From positions 496,001 to 560,000 of the forward strand of contig NIVC01000031.1 of NCBI GenBank assembly GCA_002269645.1: DNA of 64,000 nucleotides. Direction: 5' to 3'. The first letter of the stretch is position 1. Each line of letters opens with the position of its first letter. The notes under the pieces were generated by a model. It saw only the letters and a program-made list of their open reading frames with translations, searched no databases and had not been told where the DNA came from. The translations under genes and the position numbers were made by a program. Below are positions 11,199-23,305 of the stretch, piece after piece. Origin of the DNA: Macrostomum lignano. Taxonomy: Eukaryota.

Positions 11199-11560
11199 TT
11201 GCCACAGGTGAGATGCTTTCAGCTGTGCCCAGCCAGTTTGCCGGCTCGCCCTCGCCCTCGCCGAGCCACAGCCTCACCACGAAATTGTACTTGCGCCAGT
11301 TCCACAGCCGGCCTGCATCGTAGAGCCAGCCGATCTCTCTCTGAGTCCAGCTTGGTCGACTCAAGCTCATGGACTCAATGTGGCACAGTGTTGGCATGCA
11401 GTGGCACAGCACGCTGGGCAGCATGCCGCTTCTCCATGCCTTTGGATTTCTGTGAGTATCGTTTCTGCTGTTGCCATGGTGACCAACTGTAGGTGACTGG
11501 CGCTGCAAAACCGAATGCCAGACTGAGGCCAGGGTCGAACCTCGAGCGGCCAGGAATACG
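11199..11560 (-). CDS. Candidate host exon interrupted by the BEL/Pao insertion; product unknown
   Basis: Open non-repetitive frame (..REIGWLYDAGRLWNWRKYNFVVRLWLG..ESISPVA) continues in frame across the reconstructed empty site as NSTLDQLYRFVLLGAGSA*. The acceptor position is uncertain. Confidence 0.4.
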
Positions 11561-11691
11561 CCATCGCTGAGGCCGTGCCGCCTGTGGTCCTGCAACCAAT
11601 CAGGGATCGGCTGGGGTTTGAGCTGGGGATTTGCTTGGGAGTCTGAGAATTGCCCGTGCTGAATGGCTTTGATACAGGCTTTTTGCTGGCG

Positions 11692-12349
11692 CCCCTCTCT
11701 ATGTAGGTGGCGACCCCCTCTGTAGCCGGCGCCTCTCTCTGTAGCTGGCGCCGCTCTCTGTAGCTGGTGCCCCCTCTGTAGCTGGCGCCCCTCTCTGTAC
11801 CTGGCGCTCCTCTCTGTACCTGGCGCCCCTCTCTGTAGCTGGCGTCCCCCTCTGTAGCTGGCGCCCCCCTCTGTAGCTGGCGCCCTAATCTGTAGCTGGT
11901 GCCCCTCTCTGTACCTGGCGCCCCTCTCTGTAGCTGGCGCCCCCCTTTGTAGCTGGCGCCCCCCCTCTGTAGCTGGCGCCCCAATCTGTGTAGCTGGCGC
12001 CCCCTCTGTAGCTGGCGCCCTAATCTGTAAATGGCGCCCCCTCTGCAGCTCGCGCCCCTCTCTGTAGCTGGCGCCCACTCTGTTGCTAGCGCCCCTCTCT
12101 GTAGCTGGCGCCCCCTCTGTAGCTGGCGCCCCTCTCTGTAGCTGGCACCCACTCTGTAGCTGGCACCCACTCTGTAGCTGGCGCCCCTCTCTGTAGCTGG
12201 CGCCCACTCTGTTGCTGGCGCCCCTCTCTGTAGCTGGCGCCCCCTTTCTGTAGCTGGCGCCCTACTCTGTAGCTGACATTCCCACTCTGTAGCAGGCGCC
12301 CCACTCTGTAGCTGGTGCCCCTTTTTCTGTGGCTGGCGCCCCACTCTTT
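11692..12349. repeat. ~19-bp GC-rich minisatellite (GCGCCCCTCTCTGTAGCTG)n
   Basis: Visible degenerate tandem periodicity. Confidence 0.93.
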
Positions 12350-12949
12350 AGCTGAGCCAAATTTGCCAATCCTGCTGACTCCTGAGCACATGCAAGTGGC
12401 ACGCACTCATACAAACGCTCACAAAGGGTGTACAACGGCGTTTTGACCTTCTAATCTTCAGACATGTACACTGTCAGTGCCTTGGGGCTGGCCCTCATGG
12501 CTGTGAATCGCACGGCCACCCAGTGTGTCCAAGAGAGCCTCATGCAGGACCCTTCCAACACATTTTACAGACTCATTTTACCTGCCCAATTACAAAGTGG
12601 AACCTTCGCAACTGAGAGACCGGTTTCACTATCAGCGAGTCGGTTGTCAGAGCTGCTCCGCCGAAAGTCAGCACCGCTTCCAGCTTCACTGTCAGCATCA
12701 TCTTTGCTCTCTGCTGACTGCTCTCTGTCAAATATTCGCTCAGTAGGTCGTGTCTATGCGACAGAACGATGGTCGACTCCCAGAGGTGGGCGCTGGTGAG
12801 GTTCCGTCTGAGGCGCTCCCAGTTTTTACCGGCCGGAGTCGCGCCCTTTGGCAGCCAGATGAAGATGAGCTGAGGCTGCATTATCCAAGCACAGCTGAGC
12901 AGGCTCACCTGTGATTGCAGTGGCTTTTGAGTCAGAAGAGTTACAGTAA

Positions 12950-13845
12950 TCCTCTCCTCTTCTCTCCTCTCTTTTTCTCTCCTCTTCTCTCCTCTTCTCT
13001 CCTCTTCTCTCCTCTTCTCTTCTCTTCTCTTCTCTTCTCTTCTCTTCTCTTCTCTTCTCTTCTCTTCTCTTCTCCTCTCCTCTCCTCTCTTCTCCTCTCC
13101 TCTCTCCTCTCCTCTGTCCTCTCCTCTCCTCTCCTCTCCTCTGTCCTCTCCGTTCCTCTCCTCTCCTCTCCTCTCCTCTCCTCTCCTCTCCTCCCCTCTC
13201 CTCTCCTCTCCTCTCTTCTCCTCTCCTCTCTCCTCTCCTCTGTCCTCTCCTCTCCTCTCCTCTCCTCTGTCCTCTCCGTTCCTCTCCTCTCCTCTCCTCT
13301 CCTTTCCTCTCCTCCCCTCTCCTCTCCTCTCCTCTCTTCTCCTCTCCTCTCCTCTCCTCTCTCCTCTCCTCTCCTCTCCTCTCCTCTCCTCTCTCTCTCC
13401 TCTGTCCTCTCCTCTCCTCTCCTCTCCTCTCCCCTCTCTTCTCCTCTCCTCTCCTCTCCTCTCCTCTCCTCTCTCCTCTCCTCTGTCCTCTCCTCTCCTC
13501 TCCTCTCCTCTCTCCTCTCCTCTCCTCTCCTCTCCCCTCTCTTCTCCTCTCCTCTCCTCTCCTCTCCTCTCCTCTCTCCTCTCCTCTGTCCTCTCCTCTC
13601 CTCTCCTCTCTCCTCTCCTCTCCTCTCCTCTCCTCTCCTGTTCTCTCCTCTTCTCTCCTCTTCTCTCCTCTTCTCTCCTCTTCTCTCCTCTTCTCTCCTC
13701 TTCTCTTCTCTTCTCTTCTCTTCTCTTCTCTTCTCTTCTCTTCTCTTCTCTTCTCTTCTCTTCTCTTCTCTTCTCTTCTCTTCTCTTCTCTTCTCTTCTC
13801 CTCTCCTCTCCTCTCCTCTCCTCTCTCCTCTCTCCTGTCAAATTT
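12950..13845. repeat. Pentanucleotide polypyrimidine microsatellite (CTCCT/CTCTT)n
   Basis: Almost pure C/T tract; explains ORFs 12573-13973. Confidence 0.97.
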
Positions 13846-14074
13846 CGCCTCTCCTCTCTTTCATTCCATTGCCTTCTCTTCCTTCTATCCTTCTTCTGTA
13901 TTCCCTTTGGCATCTCCTCTCGTTCCTCCTGTGTTCCTCAGTCATGGTCTGGATTCTCGACCCCTTGAGGTAAAAAGTTTCTCGACCCCTGATTGAAACA
14001 AAGATGTAAAGCAGCTACAGTTAAATGTAATCCATCTCATTTTCTCAATGCCTAACTTTATCAGTCTTAATTAC

Positions 14075-14258
14075 CATGCTGAATGCTAACAAATGCATAC
14101 ACAGAATGACATTATGAATCCATCATGTCTATTCAGCCATGCTAAATGCTAACAAATGCATACACAGAATGACATTATGAATCCACCATGTCTATTAAGC
14201 CATGCTGAATGCTAACAAATGCATACACAGAATGACATTATGAACCCATCATGTCCAT
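14075..14258. repeat. 63-bp tandem repeat, ~3 copies
   Basis: AAATGCATACACAGAATGAC recurs at 14091, 14154 and 14217. Confidence 0.9.
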
Positions 14259-14957
14259 TCACCAATTCGTGAAATCGCAAGTCGGTCCCGCCAGACCCAT
14301 CGGAATCTGCACTGCGCACTCGCGGCAGCACAAAGTGAGCAACATTGGGCACGGGGCTGCTCATGGATGCAGCTCTGCTGGCAACGTCTTGCAGATGTCG
14401 AACTTCGAGTCGCCTGCCCGAAGGCGAGGTCAAGCGCCAAGTACCTGTGCTGAAATGGGCCAGCGTGGATGGCGGTACCACCTGCGGCAGCTGGTCCTGC
14501 TTGGTCAGCGACAGCCGAGCGAGCAGCCCCTGCAGACTGCTGAGGCTGTCGCTGATGGAGCTGGTGAGTCTGCGGCAAATTTGAGATGTTGGCGAAATGC
14601 GACTGGCGATTTTTTGGTCACCGCCTTGAGTTGCTACCCGGGGTTTTGATGGCTCGGGAGTGTTCGGCTGCCCGTCCGTAGCATTTGCTTCTGTCATGCC
14701 AAAGAGATGATTTAAGTGCGAAATATTGCGTCTCAGATAGAATAATCGCATTCTTGTTTTTCATTTTTCATTTGATTTATTGTACATTTAGTTTCATTCA
14801 GTGTGAGTTTTATCATCACATGGGTCTTCATTAGGGGTTTATTATGGTGGTCTTCGACTTTGTTTTATCATTGTTTTTTGGGACTTTTCGGTTGTCATCA
14901 GGGCTCTTGGTTATCTGCGTTCAATACGCAATTTTTAATTCAGAAATGAATGCTCAC

Positions 14958-15102
14958 CAGAACTACTGTTAGTAGCACTTCGATTGCCACTGTTGGTCTC
15001 TGGCTGGGGCGAATCGATTTCCAACGAAATGGTCAAAGTTTCAGCAGCCCAGATGCAAAGCAGCAGAGCGACTGAGGCAGCGGCCAGCTTTGATGTCGGC
15101 AT
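14958..15102 (-). CDS. Candidate first coding exon of a secreted or membrane host protein
   Basis: MPTSKLAAASVALLLCIWAAETLT looks like a signal peptide. Donor G|GTGAGC at 14957 is phase 1, matching acceptor atgacag|AA at 14691, which opens into the frame of ORF 14212-14751. Confidence 0.45.
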
Positions 15103-15362
15103 TTGTTGCTTTTTCCCGGTGCAAAAACAATCAAATGTTACGATCAACGAACCTCTAGACTTGTAGAATCGCTATTAGCATCGGTAATTACCTTGCAACA
15201 TTATCGCTCTGGAGAAGGCTGCACTGCTCATCAATATGTCTATGGCCTGAAGCTTGGGGCCGCAGCCCAGTGGTGGTCTGGCGCGGCGCTCTGATGTGCC
15301 AGCGGCCAGGGCTCGATTCCAAGTGCAGTCATAGTGAAGTGTGCATGACTAACGATAAATAA

Positions 15363-15378
15363 AGTAGTAGTAGTAGTC

Positions 15379-15472
<94 letters not shown>

Positions 15473-18400
15473 CCCTTCTACGGTGCTGCGGATGCCGGTG
15501 GCAGCTTCACTGGCGGCGGCGGCGGCGGGTCTTGCTGTTCCGGAAGCGGCTGCAACTTCACTGCTGCTGCTTCTTCTTTTTCTTCTTCAGACATGCGCAC
15601 CGCAATCGACGAGGGTCGAACGCGCCAGTGCGATCACGCCGGCAGGGTCGGAGCTGAGGACCGCAAGGGGGGGGGGCACGGGGTGCCGAACTGGTGGCTG
15701 CGCCGACCATACAGGGCCGCCGGGCACGCACAGAGCCAATGCTCCACGGTTTCAGGTTCCAGGTTGCAGAAGGGGCAGGAGGAGTCCGCCGACGCGTCAA
15801 GTAAGGCGTGGTAAGCGCGGAGCGACCGGCAGTGGCCAGCCCGGAGTTGGACGAGCAGGCGCTGGTCGGCCCGGCAGGTGACGGCGGCGCGGTCCTGAGC
15901 ATGACTAACGAGTTCGTAGGCGGCGGACGTGCGCAAGTGGCTAGGATGGTCAACGATATGGCGCTGACAGGCAGCCGCGGCCGCGCGAAAGGGAAATAGG
16001 AGACGGGGGGTCGGCAGGCGACTCCCCTCCTTGGCCAGGTGGTCGGCGAGCTCGTTCCCGGGAATGCCGCAGTGCCCCAGGATCCACTGAACCACGACGT
16101 CCGCGTCGATGCGGGCGAGCGAGGTCAGGGCGCGGCCGATCGAGCGGTTGGAGTTAGACAGGGCCACCACCAGGCTTTGACTGTCGGTGCAGAAGACGAA
16201 ACGGCGAATAGAAACAGAATCGGCAGCCACAGGCTGCGGCAGCGCAGAAAGCGGCGACTTCCTCATCGAACGAGGAGGTAGCAGGGGCGCCGCGGAAGGA
16301 AGACAGATGGGTGGGCTGGGTCGCTTTGGGTGACAACGAAGGCGTGGCCGCCGGCCGAGACCCCTTTCTGGGCGGAGCCGTCAGAGTAGATGACCAGGGA
16401 GGTGCCTGGAGGGCTGTGCAGGTAGTCACTGACGCGGTCCAAGGCGCGGGCGCGGAAGTCCGAGTCGGAGAGCACCAACGCTGGACCGAGGGAGTGGTCA
16501 AACACCCGAGTGCGATCAGGCGGTGGAGGAGGAATCGCGGCATCGGCAGGGTAGAGCGGAAGGCGGGGGGCCATGGTCAACGGAAGATGCTCCAAGAGGC
16601 GAGAAGCGGCCTGGCGCCAGCTGGATCTGACCAGGCGGTGCTGTACCGTACCATCCGCGGCACGTCGACGAGGGTGATTCGGCGGGAGGCGAAGGGCATT
16701 CTCCCAGGAGCGGGCAAGCAGGCGCAGGCTGTGGGTTCTGTAGCTGAGAACGTCGGCCTCCAGTCTGATGGCGTCCACCGGGGACGATTGGAGTTGGCCC
16801 GTGATGATGCGGAGCGCCCGGTTTTGACAGCGATCGAGGTCATCAAAGCGGGACTCGCTCAGCCAGGGCTGCCAGGCGGGGCAGCATAGTCCAGCACTGA
16901 GCGGATCAGCGCGTTGAAGACCAAGCGGAGTTTATCTTTGCGCCAGCCCCAGTCCTGGTTGGCAAGCGCGGCGAGCACGCGACAGCGGCCGCGGGCCTTC
17001 GAAACGAGGTCCCTGACGTGAGGGCCAAAGCTGAGGGTGCGGTCCAGGACGACGCCGAGAAAGCGCGGGTTGGCGTCGAAGGGCAGAGACGAGCCGTTGA
17101 GAAGCAGCTGTGGTTGAAGTGACGCCTCCGCGGTCGAGTTGGAGAAGAGCGACACCACGCTCTTGGACGGATTTAGCGTCATCTTCATGCGCGCACTCCA
17201 CTCAGCAGCAGCGTCGAGTCCAGCCTGGAGGGACTCCGTGGCGGAAGCGACCGACGAGTGCTACGCGCGGATGGTGAGGTCGTCGGCGTAGAGTGAGGGG
17301 GTGATCGCGGGAGGCATGGTGCGAGCGACGCCATCGATGAAAAGCCGAAAAAGGAACGGGGCGATCACCGAACCTTGGGGCAGGCCTTGGCGGAGAGGCA
17401 GAGGGTGGCTCAAGGCGCCATTGACGTTGACGCGGGCGGAGCGGTCGCATAGGAAGGCGAAACACCATCTCACCAGCGGGGCCGGGGCCTGGAGGTCCAG
17501 CATGATGTGGACGAGCGTTTGTCTCAACACACGGTCGAACGCTCTACTGTAGTCGAGCAGGGCGACGATGTCCGAAGGTGTGGACGAAGCTGGAAGCCGT
17601 CGCTGATGGCTTGGACAAGCTCGAGGACGAGGTCCTTACAGGAGCGGAGGCGGCGGAAGCCGGCTTGGCAGTGATGGATCCAGCCTTGACTCTCAGCGAG
17701 ATCGTAAAGCCGGATGAAGATGATCCGCTCAAGGAGTTTGACCACACAGGATGTGAGGCTAACTGGGCGGAAGCTGTCGACGCGGCAGGCCGGCTTACCG
17801 TGCTTGAGCAGTGGGATGATGGTGGCGCGGCGCCAGTGAGCCGGGACGGTCCCGGTCAGAAGCGAGATGATGCAAGGCTGAGCGGGGCGGCTTCCCGATC
17901 GGGCGCACGGGGCGGCCGGCCAAGGTGGTGATGCTGGAGTTGGGAGGAGCATCGCGGTCAGGATGGAGCGAACAGGTCCAGGAAGGATTCCGGGCGTAAC
18001 GCGAGGCCCCGGAGCAGGAGCAGTGGCACGCCGAATCGCATCCCGGGACGGAGCAGTGGAGGTGGCGAGCACCACGCCGGAAAGATTTGCCGCTTTGCCG
18101 CAGCGAAAGCAGACGGTGCATTTGCAGTGCTCGATCGCGGCGGAGGCAGGGTACGGAGCCGGAGCTGCCTGCGGTCTGATGGCGTCCGACGGCCGGTGAA
18201 GGAGGCAGAGCCAGTTGCTTTTGGGCTCGGACCGGTGGAGTCCGCTACAGTGGAAGCGCAAGTGGCAGACAGCGGGGCAGTCAGGAACAGAGAAGTGGAT
18301 GCAGTTACTGCCGCAGCGGACAGAGCGGGCACAGGAGTCACAGGAGCCGCTGGGGCCGGGATTACTTTTGATGTCACCGGCGCGAAGAAGAAGAGAGACG

Positions 18401-18600
18401 GAAAGCGGCAGCAGGGGAAGGAACCGAGGAGCAGGCACCCAGAGGGGCACCAGGTGACCCCTCCTGCGGACCGGGTTAAGGACCCGAGGCCGGAGAGAAG
18501 GTCTGTACGGGTAGTATTCGGCCGCCGAAATGACGGGTCCGGGTCGCCACGGAGAGGCTACTACCATGACCGCGCGGACTGCTGCTGCTGCGGCTGGTGC
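15363..18600 (-). mobile_element. Decayed, internally deleted Ingi/I-group-like LINE (2A-like motif, PHD-like Cys region, RT, RNase H, CCHC) with (TAC)n tail
   Basis: FRPVSLTSCVVKLLER, GLPQGSVIAP, LYADD, YSDGS, TDSQS, WILGHCGIPGNELAD and CPFC..ETVEHWLCAC lie in several frames with stops. No AP endonuclease is visible. (AGT)n at 15363-15471 is the 3' tail. The 5' boundary is approximate. Confidence 0.85.
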
Positions 18601-19133
18601 TGGTCAGCCTCACGGAAGTGTCGACTGCTCTTGCTGGCTCCGTTAGTTGTGACACTGTAGTTGTGATGGCATTGTTTAATGCTTGCATGATTTACAATGA
18701 TGTAAGCAGAATTTTAATTGAAGGCATGGCCCTAAGGGTTTCCTGGTGGGCGCCTCTGCCTCTTTTTCTTAGACCGGTGGATGCCAAGTCAAAGAGGGCG
18801 GCAAAATTTGAGCTCCTGTCATTATTCAAACATGGTTGCCTCCTATTTCGTTTTTAGGAGGGTAATTATTATGGCAAAAATGCTAATTTACATTTATTTT
18901 GCAAGCTATAAAGTAGCGATAAAGTTCTTCATTAGCCTGAGTGTCTAACAGAAGACTCCAATGTCTAGCAAAAGACTCCCATTTCTAACAGCACGAGTTT
19001 GCATTCAGTTTAAAACACATACTCTGCTATCTAAAGTAGTCTCAGAAGTATTTTCATACAAAATTCGGTCCAACTAAAAGCATAAATGGGACTACTTAGT
19101 TCCAAACTAAATGGGAACTTTTATGTCCCAGTT

Positions 19134-19599
19134 CAATGGAATGCGAGGCTACTACAAACACTTATTTATGCACATTGCACAGTGCACTGAGTGAGCACAG
19201 ACTCAAGTGTCTGCCAGCATCATTGATGCAGCATCAGCTGCTCAAAAGACGCACAGAATGGCTGATGCTCGTTCGAACTCATTTTTGTGCAGATGAAGCA
19301 ACCAGCCGTACCACCCAGCCTCCAGGTGAGCAGATTGCTCAGCTGTCCACAGACTTCTCTGCGTCTCTCCGAGCTCGAGTCTCCCCCGTTGCCATGGCAA
19401 CTGGAGCAGCTCTGCTGCATCTGTGCAGTTAAGGGCTCTGCACATCTCCTGCTCACTGCGTGAGGGGCCGAGCCATGAGGCAGCCTCAGACCTCATGACA
19501 CTCTGCAAGCCCTTTGAAAACTATGGCCAGCTTCACTGCATGCCCGCTTCATCAGCTCTGCCTTCCCCACACTGTTGTGTGCATTGCACTGAGTGAGGC
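19134..19599. repeat. Duplicated ~465-bp block (paralog of 47824-48294)
   Basis: Colinear, high identity by eye. Confidence 0.92.
19388..19401. promoter_or_regulatory. Perfect palindrome GTTGCCATGGCAAC (RFX X-box consensus)
   Basis: Exact 14-bp palindrome, retained at 48082-48095; function not shown. Confidence 0.35.
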
Positions 19600-19636
19600 T
19601 CAGAAATGATGCTGCGAAATATTGAAATATGAAATG

Positions 19637-20370
19637 GGACACAGCGGGTCACGGCAAGTCAGGACACAGCGGGTCACGGCAAGTCAGGACACAGCGGGTC
19701 ACGGCAAGTCAGGACACAGCGGGTCACGGCAAGTCAGGACACAGCGGGTCACGGCAAGTCAGGACACAGCGGGTCACGGCAAGTCAGGACACAGCGGGTC
19801 ACGGCAAGTCAGGACACAGCGGGTCACGGCAAGTCAGGACACAGCGGGTCACGGCAAGTCAGGACACAGCGGGTCACGGCAAGTCAGGACACAGCGGGTC
19901 ACGGCAAGTCAGGACACAGCGGGTCACGACAAGTCAGGACACAGCGGGTCACGGCAAGTCAGGACACAGCGGGTCACGGCAAGTCAGGACACAGCGGGTC
20001 ACGGCAAGTCAGGACACAGCGGGTCACGGCAAGTCAGGACACAGCGGGTCACGGCAAGTCAGGACACAGCGGGTCACGGCAAGTCAGGACACAGCGGGTC
20101 ACGGCAAGTCAGGACACAGCGGGTCACGGCAAGTCAGGACACAGCGGGTCACGGCAAGTCAGGACACAGCGGGTCACGGCAAGTCAGGACACAGCGGGTC
20201 ACGACAAGTCAGGACACAGCGGGTCACGGCAAGTCAGGACACAGCGGGTCACGGCAAGTCAGGACACAGCGGGTCACGGCAAGTCAGGACACAGCGGGTC
20301 ACGGCAAGTCAGGACAAAGCGGGTTACGGCAAGTCAGGACACAGCGGGTCACAGCAAGTCAGGACACAGT
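19637..20370 (+). repeat. 25-bp minisatellite (AAGTCAGGACACAGCGGGTCACGGC)n, ~29 copies
   Basis: Near-perfect 25-bp periodicity; same unit at 48500-49325 and inverted at 31617-31815. Confidence 0.97.
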
Positions 20371-20863
20371 GGGTGGCTGTATATTTAACTGAGAACTCTT
20401 GAGTAAGCACTGGGCTTCCTGCTCCAACAGTTGCTAATAAAAAGTCAGTCCAAAAATCAAATACAAAAATCAGTGCCGGAAAAAGCTCCAAACCGGTGGC
20501 TGAAAAAAGTGAAAAATTCTCGGCAACAGAAAATCTGGAGTAGGCATTGAGCAGTCTGAGCAGATTAGAGAATTGGGATTGTCTTTGTGCCAGAGTTTCA
20601 AAATCAACCTTGATTAGCTTAAAACTGAAATAGCACTCAAGTCAGCACAAAAATGTCTCATTGTGAAAGGAGCAACCAGTAAAACAACCCGGAAGTCAAA
20701 ATTTAAGTTTCGGATCGCAGCTGAATAAACAAAACTATGATTTGATAATTGATTCGAACATCTGATAGCAGCAGGAAAATTGATAGAGAAATGGATAATA
20801 GATTCAAATCTGAGCAGTTCAAAAAAACAAAACAGTTATATAAACAAAAATGACACTGGGATA

Positions 20864-22092
20864 ACAAAAACGGCAATCGGATAAACAAAACGGCAATCGG
20901 ATAAACAAAACGGCAATCGGATAAAAAAAGACAGTCGAATAAACAAAAACGACAATCAAATAAACAAAAACGGCAATCGGATAAACAAAAATGGCAATCG
21001 GATAAACAAAAACGGCAATCGAGTAAACAAAAACGGCAATCGAATATTCAAAAACAGCAATCGGATAAAAAACGGCAATCGGATAAACAAACGGCAATCG
21101 GATAAACAAAAACGGCAATCGGATAAACAAACGGAAATCGGATAATCAAAAACGGCAATCGGATTAACAAAAACGGCAATCGAATAAACACAAACAGCAA
21201 TCGGATAAAAAACGGCAATCGAATAAACAGAAACGGCAATCGGATAAACAAAAACAGCAATCGGATAAAAAACGGCAATCGGATAAACAAACGGCAATCG
21301 GATACACAAAAACGGCAATTAAATAAACAGAAACGGCAATCGGATAAACAAAAACGGCAATCGAATAAACAAAAACAGCAATCGGATAAAAAACGGCAAT
21401 CGAATAAACAGAAACGGCAATCGGATAAACAAAAACAGCAATCGGATAAAAAACGGCAATCGGATAAAGAAAAACGGCAATCGGATAAACAAAAACGGCA
21501 ATTAAATAAACAGAAACGGCAATCGGATAAACAAAAACGGCAATCGAATAAACAAAAACAGCAATCGGATAAAAAACGGCAATCGAATAAACAGAAACGG
21601 CAATCGGATAAACAAAAACGGCAATTAAATAAACAGAAATGGCAATCGAATAAACGAAAATGGCAATCGAATAAACAAAAATGGCAATCGGATAAAAAAC
21701 GGCAATCGGATAAACACAATTCAAATCGTATAAAAAACGGCAATCGGATAAACAAAATGGGCAATCGGATAAACAAAAGGGCAATCGGATAAACAAAAAC
21801 GGCAATCGGATAAATGAAATGGGCAATAAGATAAACACAAACGGCAATCGGATAAACAAAATGGGCAATCAGATAAACAAAAGGGCAATCGGATAAACAA
21901 AAACGGCAATCGGATAAACAAAATGGGCAATAAGATAAACACAAACGGCAATCGGATAAACAAAATAGGCAATCGGATAAACAAAAGGGCAATCGGATAA
22001 ACAAAAATGGCAATCGGATAAACGAAATGGGCAATCAGATAAACAAAAGGGCAATCGGATAAACAAAAACGGCAATCAGATAAACAAAAACA
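20864..22092. repeat. ~21-bp A-rich minisatellite (AACGGCAATCGGATAAACAAA)n
   Basis: Visible periodicity; explains ORFs 20819-22110. Confidence 0.95.
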
Positions 22093-22167
22093 GACAACAT
22101 CAGCTAGCAAGCAAAGCCGCCCGCTTCAAGAGTCGCTCAGCTCCCTCACAGCCCGTCGCTCTCGCAG

Positions 22168-22653
22168 TCACGATGAGGCACTCAGGAAGCTGTGCCCCAG
22201 CAGCTCCGCGGTGTCCGCTCGCTCCCTCGGGTCATAGTCTACGCACCTGAGGTAGAAGTCCTTCAGGCCGGCTGAGAACCCGTCAGCAATCTGAGGCATC
22301 GCTCGCCCTTCGCACCTCAGCACGGCGATCCGGAACTGCTGAACGTTCGCGTCAGGAGGCTGCATGGCCGTCAGCTCATACACGGTGCAGCCGAAGGCCC
22401 ACACGTCGGTCTTGGCTGAGTACGGAATCGATTCGCCATCGCCCATGAACAGCTCGGGCGCCAGGAAGTAGAGGGTGCCTTTGGGATCGACGCCGTCGCT
22501 CAGGTCGCTGGTGCCGACGATCTCCTTGGCGAGACCGAAGTCGATCAGCTTGATGACACCCTTGTTGGTGAGCATCACATTAGAGCTCTTGATGTCACGG
22601 TGCAGGATGGCGCCCTGCGGCTGGCAGTGCAGGAAGTTCAGGCCTAAGCAGAT
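22168..22653 (-). CDS. ANK-kinase copy 1, last exon (kinase C-lobe)
   Basis: Acceptor cctgcag at 22654; [41 protein letters not shown]..; 486 nt, phase 0. Confidence 0.9.
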   Translation of the reverse strand: MCLGLNFLHCQPQGAILHRDIKSSNVMLTNKGVIKLIDFGLAKEIVGTSDLSDGVDPKGTLYFLAPELFMGDGESIPYSAKTDVWAFGCTVYELTAMQPPDANVQQFRIAVLRCEGRAMPQIADGFSAGLKDFYLRCVDYDPRERADTAELLGHSFLSASS

Positions 22654-22709
22654 CTGCAGGTGGAGCAGTTTTAAGCAGTCATCAAGTTGGATCTAGCCAT
22701 TCCAGATCC

Positions 22710-22883
22710 CACCCACACTGATCCCACACTGATCCCACACTGATCCCACACTGATCCCACACTGATCCCACACTGATCCCACATTGATTCAACACTCATC
22801 CCACACTCATCCCAAACTCATCCCACACTCATCCCACACTCATCCCACACTCATCCCACACTCATCCCACACTCACCCCACCC
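22710..22883. repeat. 11-bp intronic minisatellite (CCCACACTGAT/CCCACACTCAT)n
   Basis: Shorter versions lie in the same intron of copies 2 (~36955-37040) and 3 (~51405-51455). Confidence 0.9.
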
Positions 22884-22917
22884 ATGCCAGGCAATGCCAG
22901 AGAGCCCAGAGACGCAC

Positions 22918-23305
22918 CTGTCTGGAGAAGTCCCTGACCCCGGACTCCTTGAACGGCTTGTTCTGACGCTGCATCAGCTCAAAGAGGCTGTGACCCGAGA
23001 CCAGCTCGGTGAAGATGTACAGCCCATCCGACTTCTGCTCGCACTTGAGGAACTGCACAATGTTGGGATGCGAGAGTCGCTTGAGGATCTCAACTCCCCG
23101 CTTCTCCATCAGAATTTTTATCTTCAGTTCCTCTGCGTCTTGCTCAGCTTGGCTCATGGGCAGCACCTTGACAGCCACCGTCTGGTTGCGGTCTGTGAGG
23201 GCCTTGAACACCTCACCGAATCCACCAAGGCCGATGAGCTGCTTCTTTTCGTCCTGCAGAATGAAGTCCCAGTCGGTAAAGCTGGGGTCCAGCTGCTTCT
23301 TGGCG
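22918..23305 (-). CDS. ANK-kinase copy 1, kinase N-lobe exon
   Basis: Acceptor ttcccag at 23306, donor CAG|GTGCGT; AKKQLDPSFTDWDF..LIGLGGFGEVFK..VAVK..HPNIVQF; 388 nt, phase 2 to 0. Confidence 0.9.

Noticed and set aside
18420-18570. Possible HDV-like ribozyme at the 5' end of the Ingi-like LINE
   Set aside because: Partial pairings exist (GACCCG/CGGGTC, GAGGGG/CCCCTC), but I could not build a consistent P1-P1.1-P2-P3 fold by hand; a covariance-model search would decide.
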